A stretch of DNA of 64,000 bases from Myxococcota bacterium (GTDB taxonomy: Bacteria; Myxococcota_A; UBA9160; UBA6930). Below, piece after piece: positions 1 through 10,027 of the stretch. Within the stretch, counting starts at the first letter, position 1. Every line of letters starts with the position of its first letter. The notes under the pieces were generated by a model. It saw nothing but the letters and a program-made list of their open reading frames with translations. It had not been told where the DNA came from and searched no databases. The stretch spans positions 2,464,001 through 2,528,000 of the forward strand of contig OZ245015.1 in NCBI GenBank assembly GCA_965223705.1, written 5' to 3'. A program made the position numbers and the translations under genes.

Positions 1-81
1 CCCCTTGCTATTCCCGGGGCCCGCGGAGTATGACAGACGTATAAATGGGTGGCTCACGGACGCGCTGCCCGGGAAGGCCGT

Positions 82-2031
82 ATGTACGATCGACTTTTCG
101 AGCCGGGCAAGATCGGGAAGATGCGGCTCAAGAACCGAATCATCCGCGCACCGAATACGACCCTCTACGCGTCGCCCAAGGACGGTTCGGTCACGCAGCT
201 CCTGCTCGACCACTACGCCGTTGAGGCCGCCGGTGGCTGCGGACTCTGCATGGTCGAAGCGTCGTCGGTCGACGTGAATTCGCGCCTCCAGTACGGCGAG
301 CCCACCCTCGATTCCGACTACGCGCTGGGCGGCCTGTGGAATCTCGCAGAGACCATCAAGCTGAACGGCGCGAAGGCCGGGATCCAGCTGATACACGCCG
401 GACGTCAGTGTCTCGTGCAAGAGAAGACGCCGGTCGCGCCGTCGCCCCGTCAAGACGGCTACTTCCGTGTCAAGCCTCGCGCTCTCGATGGAGCAGAAAT
501 CGAGCGCATCCTCGATGCGTTCGCGGACGCGGTGGACCGAGCCAAACGCGCGGGCTTCGATTGCATCGAATACCACGGCGCCCACGGGTATCTGCCCGCG
601 GAGTTCCTCTCCCGCGAAGCGAACCACCGAACCGACGATTGGGGCGGTTCCCTCGAGAACCGGGCCCGTTTCGGCCTCGAGCTGGTGCGTCGAACGCGCG
701 AAAAGGTGGGCTCCGACTATCCGCTGATCTACCGCTTCAGTGCGGAAGACTATGTGGAGGACGGCGTCACACTCGATGAATCCATTCAGTTCGCGCAGTG
801 GCTCGAAGAAGCGGGAGTCGACGCTCTCGACGTCTCGGCCGGAACCGGAGAGGTCTGGGAACACACCGTCGCCCCGACCCACTTTCCGTACGGCAACCTC
901 GTCCACTTGGCGGAAGCCATCAAGAAAGAGGTAACGATCCCCGTGATCGCGGTGGGCGCGATCAACGAGCCCGCGCAAGCCGAGGAGATCCTCGCCGCGG
1001 GCAAGGCCGACTACGTGGCCCTGTGCCGAGCGATCACAGCGGACCCCGAGTGGCCCAAGAAAGCAGCACTCGGACGCGCGGACGAAATCCGGCCCTGTAT
1101 CCGCTGCAACGACTGCCTCGACACGATCTTGCCCGGAACGCCGATGCGTTGCCGCGTGAACTTTCTCGAAGGCCGCGAGTCGATGTACCAACTGAGGCAC
1201 GCACGCGAGCCGAAGAGGGTCGTCGTCGCGGGTGGCGGCGCGGCGGGAATGGAGGCTGCGCGAACGGCGTACTATCGGGGCCACGACGTCACGTTGATTG
1301 AGAGAGCACCTGAGCTCGGCGGATTGCTCATTCCGGCCTGCGTCATCCCGACCAAGGAAGACCTCAACAAGCTGTTCCAGTGGTACGTGCGCGAGATGAC
1401 GCGACTGCCGATTCGGGTCCTCACGGGCACGGAAGCCACTCCAGAGCTCGTGCGCGAGCTCGGCGCCGATGCGCTCATCGTCGCCACGGGTCACGGGGAC
1501 GTCGCCGCGAAACCGAAGGGCCTGCGGGGTCTCGAGCATCCGACCGTGATCACCGCGATGGACCTCCTGTCGGGCCGCGAAGAAATTCGCGACAGCATCG
1601 TCATCGGCGGCGGATTCATGGGATGTGACATCGCTCAACACATTGCCGGAACCGGTGCAAGAGTCACCATGTTGACCCGCTACGAACGGGGCCAGGTCGG
1701 CGGCACCGTCGGGTTCTTCACCCGGAACTCGCTCTTCGAACTGCTCGAGCGAATGGGCGTCGAGATCCGAGATCAGGTGGACTACCGGGAAGTCACGGAC
1801 GAAGGCGTTTGGGTGCTCACCCGAGACGGCGAGCGCGAGCTCATCCCCGGTGAGCGCGTGGTGCTCGCGAACGGATTCCGCGTCGATCTCGATCGACGCG
1901 CTCGCTGGGAAGGATGTGCCGACGAGGTGTATCAAGTCGGCAATTGCATCGACCCAGCGAACATTCACGGGACCACCCGCCAAGCCAACGCCGCGGTCTA
2001 TCGCATCGGCGCCGACGGAGCGATCTGCTGA
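82..2031 (+). CDS. NADH:flavin oxidoreductase, Old Yellow Enzyme barrel + Fe-S + FAD domain (2,4-dienoyl-CoA reductase/BaiCD-like)
   Basis: OYE motifs HAGRQ, GFDCIEYHGAHGYL, RTDDWGGSLENR; CIRCNDC..C cluster motif; GGGAAG Rossmann. ATG at 82 follows GGAAGG (ORF track starts at 49). Confidence 0.9.
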   Translation: MYDRLFEPGKIGKMRLKNRIIRAPNTTLYASPKDGSVTQLLLDHYAVEAAGGCGLCMVEASSVDVNSRLQYGEPTLDSDYALGGLWNLAETIKLNGAKAGIQLIHAGRQCLVQEKTPVAPSPRQDGYFRVKPRALDGAEIERILDAFADAVDRAKRAGFDCIEYHGAHGYLPAEFLSREANHRTDDWGGSLENRARFGLELVRRTREKVGSDYPLIYRFSAEDYVEDGVTLDESIQFAQWLEEAGVDALDVSAGTGEVWEHTVAPTHFPYGNLVHLAEAIKKEVTIPVIAVGAINEPAQAEEILAAGKADYVALCRAITADPEWPKKAALGRADEIRPCIRCNDCLDTILPGTPMRCRVNFLEGRESMYQLRHAREPKRVVVAGGGAAGMEAARTAYYRGHDVTLIERAPELGGLLIPACVIPTKEDLNKLFQWYVREMTRLPIRVLTGTEATPELVRELGADALIVATGHGDVAAKPKGLRGLEHPTVITAMDLLSGREEIRDSIVIGGGFMGCDIAQHIAGTGARVTMLTRYERGQVGGTVGFFTRNSLFELLERMGVEIRDQVDYREVTDEGVWVLTRDGERELIPGERVVLANGFRVDLDRRARWEGCADEVYQVGNCIDPANIHGTTRQANAAVYRIGADGAIC

Positions 2032-2039
2032 GGGAACCG

Positions 2040-3101
2040 TTGCCGATCGTCCGTCCCCACGAGGTCACCGCAGCCTGGCTGACCGGCGCGCTTCAGGCGA
2101 ATGAAATCGACTCGGAAGTCGTATCGTTCGAGGCCGAGACAGTCGGAACGGGTCAACTCGGAGAGACGCGACGCTTCTACTTGAACTACCGCGGACACCC
2201 TCCCGAAGGAGCCCCCGCTTCGGTCGTGGGCAAGTTCACGTCGGATAACCCCGTGGCTGCCGCAAGCGGCCGGGAAATGGGATTTTACCGCTCGGAGGTC
2301 ATGTTCTACCGCGAGCTCGCGCACCGCGCGAAAATCCGCACGCCCGATGTCTTTGTCGCGGAGCTCCACCCCGAAACGAACGAGTTCGTCCTGCTCCTCG
2401 AAGATCTCGCGCCCGCGGTACAGGGTGACCACATGAGCGGCTGCTCGGTCGCAGACGCCGCGGCGGCCCTCGAGGAAGCGGCGCGACTTCACGCGGCGTT
2501 CTGGAACGACCGTGTGCTCATGGAACAGCCCTGGCTCTACGTGCCCCAAGGCGCCCAAGGCTTTTACACGACCGAACTGATGGAGTCGTCGTGGAAGCAT
2601 TTCGAGGCGACCTACGCGCACCGCTTGGAGCCCGAAGTGATCGCTGTGTGCGATCGTTTCATCCGCCACCACGCCGCCTGGAACGCGCCCCGCGATTTCC
2701 CCAAGACCTTCTCCCACAACGATTTTCGGGTCGACAACATGCTCTTTGGCGGATCGCGTATCGCCGTCGTCGACTGGCAGACGAGTAACTTTCTCGGGGC
2801 CGGAATGGATGTGGCCTACTTCCTCGGTGGGGCGTTCGACCGGGAGACCCGGCGCGAAGTGGAAGTCTCCCTCCTCGGCGCTTACCACGAAGCGCTCGGT
2901 CGAGAAGGCGTTCGCGACTACGCCTTTGATCAATTGATGGCCGACTACCGCCACTACGCTTTTGCGGTTCTCGCCGTTGCGATCGCCGCGACGGTGATCG
3001 TCAAGCAAACCGAGCGAGGCGACCGGCTCTTCATGAAGATGGTGACCGACGGAGCCCACCAGATTCTCGACAACGACGCCCTCGACGTCCTTCCGGCGTA
3101 A
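2040..3101 (+). CDS. Aminoglycoside/choline/ecdysteroid-kinase-like phosphotransferase
   Basis: VGTGQLG loop, LLLEDL, HNDFRVDN catalytic loop, VVDWQ; TTG start inferred. Confidence 0.8.
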   Translation: MPIVRPHEVTAAWLTGALQANEIDSEVVSFEAETVGTGQLGETRRFYLNYRGHPPEGAPASVVGKFTSDNPVAAASGREMGFYRSEVMFYRELAHRAKIRTPDVFVAELHPETNEFVLLLEDLAPAVQGDHMSGCSVADAAAALEEAARLHAAFWNDRVLMEQPWLYVPQGAQGFYTTELMESSWKHFEATYAHRLEPEVIAVCDRFIRHHAAWNAPRDFPKTFSHNDFRVDNMLFGGSRIAVVDWQTSNFLGAGMDVAYFLGGAFDRETRREVEVSLLGAYHEALGREGVRDYAFDQLMADYRHYAFAVLAVAIAATVIVKQTERGDRLFMKMVTDGAHQILDNDALDVLPA

Positions 3102-3105
3102 CCTC

Positions 3106-3777
3106 ATGGAACTCGCGAAACCCCACCTCGATCTGGGCCTCTTCACGACCGAAATCGCGGCGCACAGAAGCTTCTGGTCGGACCGCGTCGGACTCCGACT
3201 CGATCACGAGCTCGCGATGGACAACGGATGGGTGCAGCACCGCTACGACGCTCACGGATCCGTGATCAAGGTCAATCACGTCACCCGGGAGCTGCCCGAT
3301 TCGCGGCCCTCGGGCTACGCCGCCCTTCACCTCGTTTCAGAGACGCCGGAATCCCACGTACATCCCGGAGGCGACCGCATCGAATGCGTTCGCGCCGGAC
3401 AAAACGGCCTGGTCGGGATCGGGGTCTCCGTTCGTTCCCCCGAACCCGCTCGACTGATGGACTTCTACCTCGGGGCGATGGAATTCGAAGAAGTCGGACC
3501 GCTGACCGCTCGCTGCGGAGACTCCATGCTGTTTGTCGAACATGGCGACATATGCGCGCCGCAGAAGGACTTCATCGCCCCGAACTTCCGCTATCTCACC
3601 GTTCAGATCTTCGATGCCGACGAAGCTTGCGATGGAGTGGTTCGCCGCGGAGGCACCTTGGGGCGAGCGCCGGTGAGCTTTCGCAACGTCGCGCGGTACG
3701 GTTTCGTCTGCGACCCCGACGGAAACTGGATCGAACTCTCGGCACGGACTTCCCTCACCGGCGTCGCTCCCAAGTAG
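3106..3777 (+). CDS. VOC/glyoxalase family protein
   Basis: C-terminal FVCDPDGNWIEL signature; follows the kinase gene closely. Confidence 0.75.
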   Translation: MELAKPHLDLGLFTTEIAAHRSFWSDRVGLRLDHELAMDNGWVQHRYDAHGSVIKVNHVTRELPDSRPSGYAALHLVSETPESHVHPGGDRIECVRAGQNGLVGIGVSVRSPEPARLMDFYLGAMEFEEVGPLTARCGDSMLFVEHGDICAPQKDFIAPNFRYLTVQIFDADEACDGVVRRGGTLGRAPVSFRNVARYGFVCDPDGNWIELSARTSLTGVAPK

Positions 3778-3787
3778 CGGTGCGTCC

Positions 3788-4546
3788 CTAGCCCCGCCCG
3801 ATGTAAGGCATCTTCGTCGCGGTGAGCGTCATGAACTGGACGTTGGCGTCGAGGGGTAAGCGCGCCATGGCCAGTACGGCGTCGGCTACGTGCGCTACGT
3901 CGAAAGTGGGTTCGCTGGCGATGCGGCCGTTCGCTTGTGCGATCCCCTCGGCCATGGGCCGGGTCAAGTCGGTTTCGGCATTACCGATATCGATCTGACC
4001 GCAGGCGATGTCGTAGGCGCGTCCGTCGAGAGCCGTCGAGCGCGTGAGGCCGGTCATGCCGTGTTTCGTGGCCGTGTACGGTGCGGAGTTCGGGCGCGGC
4101 ACGTGTGCCGAGATCGATCCGTTGTTGATGATGCGTCCGCCGCGAGGCTCCTGCCGCTTCATGATCCGAAACGCTTCCTGGGTACACAAGAAGGCGCCTG
4201 TCAGGTTCGTCGCCACGACGCGTTGCCACTGATCGAAGCGGAGCTCTTCGAGCGGCACCGGAGGCGCCCCGACTCCCGCGTTGTTGAACAGCAGGTCCAG
4301 CCGACCAAAGGCCGCGACGGTGGCGCGAAAGAGCGCTGCCACGGCATCCGGATCCGCGACGTCCGTCGGCACGGTCAGCAAGCGATCGCGGCCTTCCCGG
4401 GCTTCGGCCGCGGTCTCTTGGAGCTTCGCTTCGTCGCGCCCCGCGATCGCCACCGAATAGCCCTCTGCGAGGAGCGCGAGCGCGCAACTCCGACCGATTC
4501 CGCGCCCGCCCCCGGTCACGATCGCCACACGCGGGTTCGCAGGCAC
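3788..4546 (-). CDS. Short-chain dehydrogenase/reductase
   Basis: [17 protein letters not shown]. Confidence 0.9.
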   Translation of the reverse strand: MPANPRVAIVTGGGRGIGRSCALALLAEGYSVAIAGRDEAKLQETAAEAREGRDRLLTVPTDVADPDAVAALFRATVAAFGRLDLLFNNAGVGAPPVPLEELRFDQWQRVVATNLTGAFLCTQEAFRIMKRQEPRGGRIINNGSISAHVPRPNSAPYTATKHGMTGLTRSTALDGRAYDIACGQIDIGNAETDLTRPMAEGIAQANGRIASEPTFDVAHVADAVLAMARLPLDANVQFMTLTATKMPYIGRG

Positions 4547-4741
4547 CTACACACCCTCCGGGATACCGAGACCGCTCGCCGCGCAGTGCTCGCGGATCTT
4601 GGCGCGGGTTTCGGACATTTCGCGGTTGCATTCGATAACGCCCTCGAGCATGTCATCCCGCTCGTAGGCCTCGCGCTCGCGCTCTTGTCGGGCGAGCTCT
4701 CCCAGCAGTGCGTCGAGCGTGGTTTTCGGGTCGTCTCCCAT
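4547..4741 (-). CDS. Small hypothetical helical protein (64 aa)
   Basis: ATG at 4741 (MGDDPKTTLDALL...); stop abuts the SDR start. Confidence 0.55.
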   Translation of the reverse strand: MGDDPKTTLDALLGELARQEREREAYERDDMLEGVIECNREMSETRAKIREHCAASGLGIPEGV

Positions 4742-4796
4742 CGTGCGACGGTAGCCGAGGATTGACGGTCCGAGAGCCGGCCGGTAACGAGCGCCC

Positions 4797-5519
4797 ATGG
4801 GAAGGATCCGCCGGCGCCGGTATGCGACCCGCCGCCGCCCGCGAAAACGCGCTCGCCCCCTCCTCCGCGGGGTCGCCCTCGCGCTCGCGGCGATTCTCAC
4901 CGGGACGCTCCTCTGCGTGACACCGTGGGCATTCGTCGACCCACCGACCACCGCGTTCATGGTTCGCTCGCGGCTCGAGACCGGCGTCTGGCCGGAGCAG
5001 CGTTGGGTGCCGCTGCGCGTCGTTGCGGACGCCGTCGTCGTCTGTGCCCTGGCCGCCGAAGATCAGAAGTTCGCGCTTCACCACGGATTCGATTTTGAAT
5101 CGATCCAAAAGGTCTTGTCGGAAGACGGGCGGCGGCGCGGCGCGAGCACGATCACCCAACAAACCGTCAAGAATCTTTACCTCTGGCCCGGAAGAAGCTG
5201 GTTGCGCAAGGGCTTAGAGGCGTATCTGACGGTGTTTGTCGAACTGTTGTGGCCCAAACGGAGGATCCTCGAGGTGTATCTCAATGTGGCCCAATTCGGG
5301 CCGGGCCTCTTCGGCGTCGGTGCGGCGAGCCAGAGGTTCTTCCAGAAACCGCCCCATGCGCTGGATTTCAATGACGCGGCACTCCTCGTTGCGGTTCTTC
5401 CGAACCCGGAGGCTCGGTCTCCGACCCGACCGACAGAAGCGCTTCTGGAACGCGCGGCGGCAATTCGGCGCGCAGCGCGAACGCTCGGGCCGGCGTACCT
5501 CTCCGAGGTCCTTCGGTAG
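4797..5519 (+). CDS. mtgA: Monofunctional biosynthetic peptidoglycan transglycosylase
   Basis: GT51 motifs AAEDQKFALHHGFD, GASTITQQTVKNL, RKGLE, KRRILEVYLN; N-terminal TM. Confidence 0.93.
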   Translation: MGRIRRRRYATRRRPRKRARPLLRGVALALAAILTGTLLCVTPWAFVDPPTTAFMVRSRLETGVWPEQRWVPLRVVADAVVVCALAAEDQKFALHHGFDFESIQKVLSEDGRRRGASTITQQTVKNLYLWPGRSWLRKGLEAYLTVFVELLWPKRRILEVYLNVAQFGPGLFGVGAASQRFFQKPPHALDFNDAALLVAVLPNPEARSPTRPTEALLERAAAIRRAARTLGPAYLSEVLR

Positions 5520-5594
5520 CCCACTTGTGGTAGCTTCACGGTGTGCAACATCCCGTCTTTGAACGGGAATTGAGACCGAAAACAGAGAGGCGCG

Positions 5595-7664
5595 ATGCAG
5601 TACATCCTCGGCGTCGATATCGGTGGGACCTTCACCGACTTCTCCCTGATCGACGGCAACGGCGAGATCACGCTCTGGAAAGAAGCCACCACCCCGCGCG
5701 ACCCCGCCGAGGCGGTTCAGCGGGGAATCCGCAACCTCGCGGAGGCCACGGGCGTACCCCTCGAAACGTTCCTCGGTCGCCTCGACCTATTCGTTCACGG
5801 GCAGACGATCGCGACGAACACCGTCATCCAACGCAACGGGCCGAAGACCGCGCTGATCTGCACCGAAGGCTTTCGGGACATCCTGCACTTTCGCGACGGC
5901 TTCAAACCCGACCGGTACAACATCCAGCTGAAACCCCCGGAGGATTTCGTCCCTCGGTACCTGCGCGTCCCGGTGACCGAGCGGATCAACTACCGCGGCG
6001 ACGTAACCATTCCCCTCGACGAAGCGTCGGTCCGAGCCGCGGCGGCGAGACTCTGCGAAGCCGGCGTCGAATCCGTCGCCGTCGCGCTGCTCTGGTCGAT
6101 CATGAATGACGATCACGAGCGGCGCGTGAAAGCGATCCTCGAGGAAGAGCTCCCAGGCGTCCCGGTCGTCTTGAGCTGCGACGTGCTCCCGATGATTCGC
6201 GAATGGGAACGAACCACCTGCACGGTGTTGTCCGCCTACGTCTTGCCCGGCATCTCGACCTATACCGTCGAGCTCGAAAAGTTCCTGGCGAGCCATGGGT
6301 TTCCCCATCCGCTGCTGATCATGCAGCTGAACGGCGGCGCCTCGACGGTGCCGAAAGTCCTTCACCGGCCGATCTATTCGTTGGCTTCCGGCCCGGCAGC
6401 GGCGCCCATGGCCGGACTCCACTGCTCGGAACGCATCGGAATCTCCGACGTGATCACCGTCGACATGGGCGGTACGAGCTTCGACGTTTCGATGGTCCAC
6501 GACGGCTCTCCGCAACTGACGCGCGAGCTTCGTGTCCACGAGATGCCCGTCGGTGTCGCGGCGGTCGATGTCCACTCCGTCGGCGCGGGCGGTGGCAGCA
6601 TCGCCTGGATCGACAAGGGCGGAGCGCTCCAGGTCGGCCCGCAAAGCGCCGGGGCGGAGCCGGGCCCGGCCTGTTACGGCCAGGGAGGCGCCGAGCCGAC
6701 CTGCACGGACGCGAACGTGGTCCTCGGCTACATCAACCCGGATTTCTTCCTCGGCGGCCGGCGGGAGATCGATACCCAGCTGTCCGAGAACGCGATCCGA
6801 GAACACATCGCGGATCCTCTCGAGCTGTCGGTACCCGAAGCCGCGCACGGCATCTTCCGCATCATCAACCACAACATGGTCGACGCGATCCGCGTCGTCT
6901 CCATCGAGCGCGGGATCGACCCGCGCAATTTCGCACTGGTGGTCGGCGGCGGGGCCGGCGCGATTCACGCCGGGATGCTCGGCCGAGCCCTGGGAATGAA
7001 ACGGGCGATCGTCCCGCGTTACGGGGGCGTTTTCTGCTCTTTCGGCATGATCGTCTCGGACGTCCGCCACGATCACATGCAAGCCCAGGCGATCAACACC
7101 GATCGCTTCGACCTCGGCCTCGCCAACCGGGTCATCCGGGATCTCGAAGAAAAGGCGATGAACGAGATGGTCGAAGAGGGCTTCCCGGAAGGCACGGTCA
7201 CTTTGACCCGCTACGCCGACGCGAAGTACCCGGCCCAAATTCACGAGCTGACGATCCCCATCGAAAGCACGGAAGAACTGACAGAAGCCGACGTCCAGAA
7301 AATCGAGGCGACGTTCCACGACCTCCACGAACGCATGTTCAGCTACAGCGTTCGCGAGAGTTCCGTCGACCTCTTCCATTGGCGCGTGGTGGCGACGCGG
7401 AAAGTCGAACATCCCACCGTGCCGAACCTGCAGCGCACGACACAGTCGGAGAGCATCGCGAAGAAGGGAACCCGCGAGGTCTACTTCGGCGATATCAACT
7501 CGTACCGCAAAACCGACATCTACGACGGAGATGCCCTCGAATACGGCATGACGGTGACCGGGCCGGCGGTGGTGGAGCAGGCGACGACCACGGTTGTCGT
7601 TTTCCAGGGACAACGTCTAGAAGTGAACGAGTTCGGCGACTTCGTCCTCGAACTCGAAGCCTAG
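5595..7664 (+). CDS. Hydantoinase/oxoprolinase family, ATP-binding subunit A
   Basis: GVDIGGTFTD, SGPAA, DMGGTSFD, GAGGGSIA, GPQSAGAEPGPACYG. Confidence 0.93.
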   Translation: MQYILGVDIGGTFTDFSLIDGNGEITLWKEATTPRDPAEAVQRGIRNLAEATGVPLETFLGRLDLFVHGQTIATNTVIQRNGPKTALICTEGFRDILHFRDGFKPDRYNIQLKPPEDFVPRYLRVPVTERINYRGDVTIPLDEASVRAAAARLCEAGVESVAVALLWSIMNDDHERRVKAILEEELPGVPVVLSCDVLPMIREWERTTCTVLSAYVLPGISTYTVELEKFLASHGFPHPLLIMQLNGGASTVPKVLHRPIYSLASGPAAAPMAGLHCSERIGISDVITVDMGGTSFDVSMVHDGSPQLTRELRVHEMPVGVAAVDVHSVGAGGGSIAWIDKGGALQVGPQSAGAEPGPACYGQGGAEPTCTDANVVLGYINPDFFLGGRREIDTQLSENAIREHIADPLELSVPEAAHGIFRIINHNMVDAIRVVSIERGIDPRNFALVVGGGAGAIHAGMLGRALGMKRAIVPRYGGVFCSFGMIVSDVRHDHMQAQAINTDRFDLGLANRVIRDLEEKAMNEMVEEGFPEGTVTLTRYADAKYPAQIHELTIPIESTEELTEADVQKIEATFHDLHERMFSYSVRESSVDLFHWRVVATRKVEHPTVPNLQRTTQSESIAKKGTREVYFGDINSYRKTDIYDGDALEYGMTVTGPAVVEQATTTVVVFQGQRLEVNEFGDFVLELEA

Positions 7665-7674
7665 GAGGACCGCG

Positions 7675-9576
7675 ATGAGCACCCCGAACCTCGACACGCG
7701 CGCCCAAGAGCTGGCCGCCGCGACCGACAAGGACATCGATCCGATCACCTTCTCAGTGATCTTGAATCGGTTCAACACCATCGCGCGGGAGATGACGCTC
7801 ACGCTCGAATACACGTCGTGGACCTCCATCTTGGCGTTGGCCCGCGACTTCTCCTGCGCGATCTACGACGCGAAGGCGCGCCAGGTGTGCATGATGGACG
7901 CACTGCCGATCCACACGAACTCCCTCCACGTGATTCTCGGATCGATGGTGAAGGCCTTCGAAGGCCAGGTCTACGAGGGCGACGTCATCGTCAGCAACGA
8001 TCCCTACAGCGGCAACACGCACGTGGGCGACTTCGTGACCGCATGTCCGGTGTTCCACGAGGGGAAGCACCTCTTCTGGGCCGTGACAAAAGGCCATCAG
8101 CTCGATTGCGGCGCGTACGAGGCGACAAGCGTGGCGCCCAGCGCCAAGAACGTGTGGCAAGAAGCGCTCCAGCTCCCGCCCATCAAATTCTACGAGAAGG
8201 GCAAGCCGCGTCAGGACGTGATCAACATGTACCTCGCGAACGTCCGCTACAAGGACATGCTCTACGGCGATCTGATGGCACAACTGGGTTCGATCTGGAC
8301 CGGCGCGCGACGCATGGTGGAGTTGGTCGAGGAATACGGCGCGGACGATCTCTCCCGCTACGTCGAAGCGATCCTCGATTACGCCGACCGTCGCACGAGC
8401 GACCAGATCAAGGCCATGCCCGACGGAAGTTACGTCGGCGAGTCGTGGATCGACACGGACGGCAGCGGCAACACGAACCTCCTCGTGCGCGCGGAGGTCA
8501 CGATCAAGGACGATCACGTGCACGTCGACTTCGCGGGCAGTGCGCCCCAGGGCGACGGCGGAACCAACGGCACACAAGGCGTGATGGAGGCGTCCGCAGG
8601 CATCCCGCTGCTGTGCGCCATCGACGCGGACATCCCCCACAACGACGGTTGTCTCCGCCATATCACGACCGATGCGCCTGAGGGGTCGATCGTAAAGGCG
8701 AAGTACCCCGCGGCGACCGCGATGGCGACGCTGTGCCCGGCGGGCCAGGAGCAAGAGGCTGTCTGGAAGGCGCTCGCCCAAGCGGTCCCGGATCGCACGT
8801 CCGCCGGCTACGGCGGCTTCCACTGCGTCCCCTCGATCAGCGGCGTCGACCATCGCGGCGAAGAGGACGCGGAATGGGCGGCGATGTTCTTCAACGGCGG
8901 CTCCGCAGGCGGGGCGTCAAAGAACGCCGACGGCTGGCCGCTCATCATGACGTCTTCGGGAATGGGAGGCTTAAAGATCCTTTCCACGGAGATGTGCGAG
9001 CTGCTCTACCCCTTCATGATCGACCGCCACGAAATCGAGCGCGATTCGATGGGTCATGGTGCGACCATGGGCGGAGCGGGCATCAACATCGTGGTACGCC
9101 CCTACGGCGGGCCGATGGATTGCCACGCGACGGGCGACGGCGCGTCGAACCCGCCCTTCGGCTTGTTCGGCGGCACGCCGGGGATCGGCGGCGGCAACTA
9201 CCGCGAAGATCTGGCGACGGGCCACCGCACGTACTGCTCGAGCAAGGGCTACTTGAAGATCGAGGAAGGTCAAACCTGGGTCGGCGTATCGTCCGGAGGC
9301 GGTGGCTACGGCGATCCGCTGACACGTCCCGCGGAGAAGGTTGCCGAGCACGTCCGCGACGAAATCATCTCGCTCGAAACGGCGCGGGATATCTACGGCG
9401 TCGAGCTCGACCCCGAGACCTTCGAAGTTTTCGCCGCGGCGACGGAAGCGCGCCGCGCGAAGCTAGCGGCCGAGCGGGGTGAGGTTCCGCACCTCCAGCC
9501 GACGGAGCCCGACGCGGCGACCTGGCTCGCAGGCCACATGCGAGAAGGCGACGAGTACTTGATCGATCCTCAGTAG
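7675..9576 (+). CDS. Hydantoinase B/oxoprolinase family subunit
   Basis: RDFSCAI, NDPYSGNTHVGD, GGGGYGDP; AGGAGG RBS. Confidence 0.93.
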   Translation: MSTPNLDTRAQELAAATDKDIDPITFSVILNRFNTIAREMTLTLEYTSWTSILALARDFSCAIYDAKARQVCMMDALPIHTNSLHVILGSMVKAFEGQVYEGDVIVSNDPYSGNTHVGDFVTACPVFHEGKHLFWAVTKGHQLDCGAYEATSVAPSAKNVWQEALQLPPIKFYEKGKPRQDVINMYLANVRYKDMLYGDLMAQLGSIWTGARRMVELVEEYGADDLSRYVEAILDYADRRTSDQIKAMPDGSYVGESWIDTDGSGNTNLLVRAEVTIKDDHVHVDFAGSAPQGDGGTNGTQGVMEASAGIPLLCAIDADIPHNDGCLRHITTDAPEGSIVKAKYPAATAMATLCPAGQEQEAVWKALAQAVPDRTSAGYGGFHCVPSISGVDHRGEEDAEWAAMFFNGGSAGGASKNADGWPLIMTSSGMGGLKILSTEMCELLYPFMIDRHEIERDSMGHGATMGGAGINIVVRPYGGPMDCHATGDGASNPPFGLFGGTPGIGGGNYREDLATGHRTYCSSKGYLKIEEGQTWVGVSSGGGGYGDPLTRPAEKVAEHVRDEIISLETARDIYGVELDPETFEVFAAATEARRAKLAAERGEVPHLQPTEPDAATWLAGHMREGDEYLIDPQ

Positions 9577-9583
9577 GAGACCC

Positions 9584-10027
9584 ATGTCGGACATCGATAC
9601 TGCGCTCACCGAACTCCTCGACCGGGAGGCCATCCGCGACCTCCCCGTCCGCTACTGCGACTGCGTGTGGCAGGGAGACATCTCGCGGCTGGTCGATCTC
9701 TTCGCCGAGGATGGATCGTTCATCATCAAGCTCAGCGGTAAAGAAGTGCGCGCCGACGGACGCCAGGCACTCCTCGAGTTCTACAAAGAAGGCACCGCGC
9801 ATCTCCCGCGGCCGTACATCCACAACCACGTCGTCGACTTGATCGACGCCGGGCGCGCCGAGGGGCGCTGTTACCTCGATCTCCGGAGCGCAAAAAGCAA
9901 CATGGAGTGGATCGGGGCTGGTTACTACAACGACCGCTACGTGAAGACCGACGCGGGTTGGCGGTTTGCCAGCCGCGAATTCAACGTGTTGCGGATCGAC
10001 GAGGGCCCGGGCTCCGACGACTATTGA
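9584..10027 (+). CDS. SnoaL-like/NTF2 family protein
   Basis: LLDREAIRDL..RYC, YNDRYVKTDAGWRFASR. Confidence 0.85.
   Translation: MSDIDTALTELLDREAIRDLPVRYCDCVWQGDISRLVDLFAEDGSFIIKLSGKEVRADGRQALLEFYKEGTAHLPRPYIHNHVVDLIDAGRAEGRCYLDLRSAKSNMEWIGAGYYNDRYVKTDAGWRFASREFNVLRIDEGPGSDDY

Noticed and set aside
2026..2104. C-terminal Cys-TGA of the OYE gene as a possible further Sec site
   Set aside because: The protein is complete there, the next gene starts 8 bp later, and I saw no comparable hairpin or redox motif.
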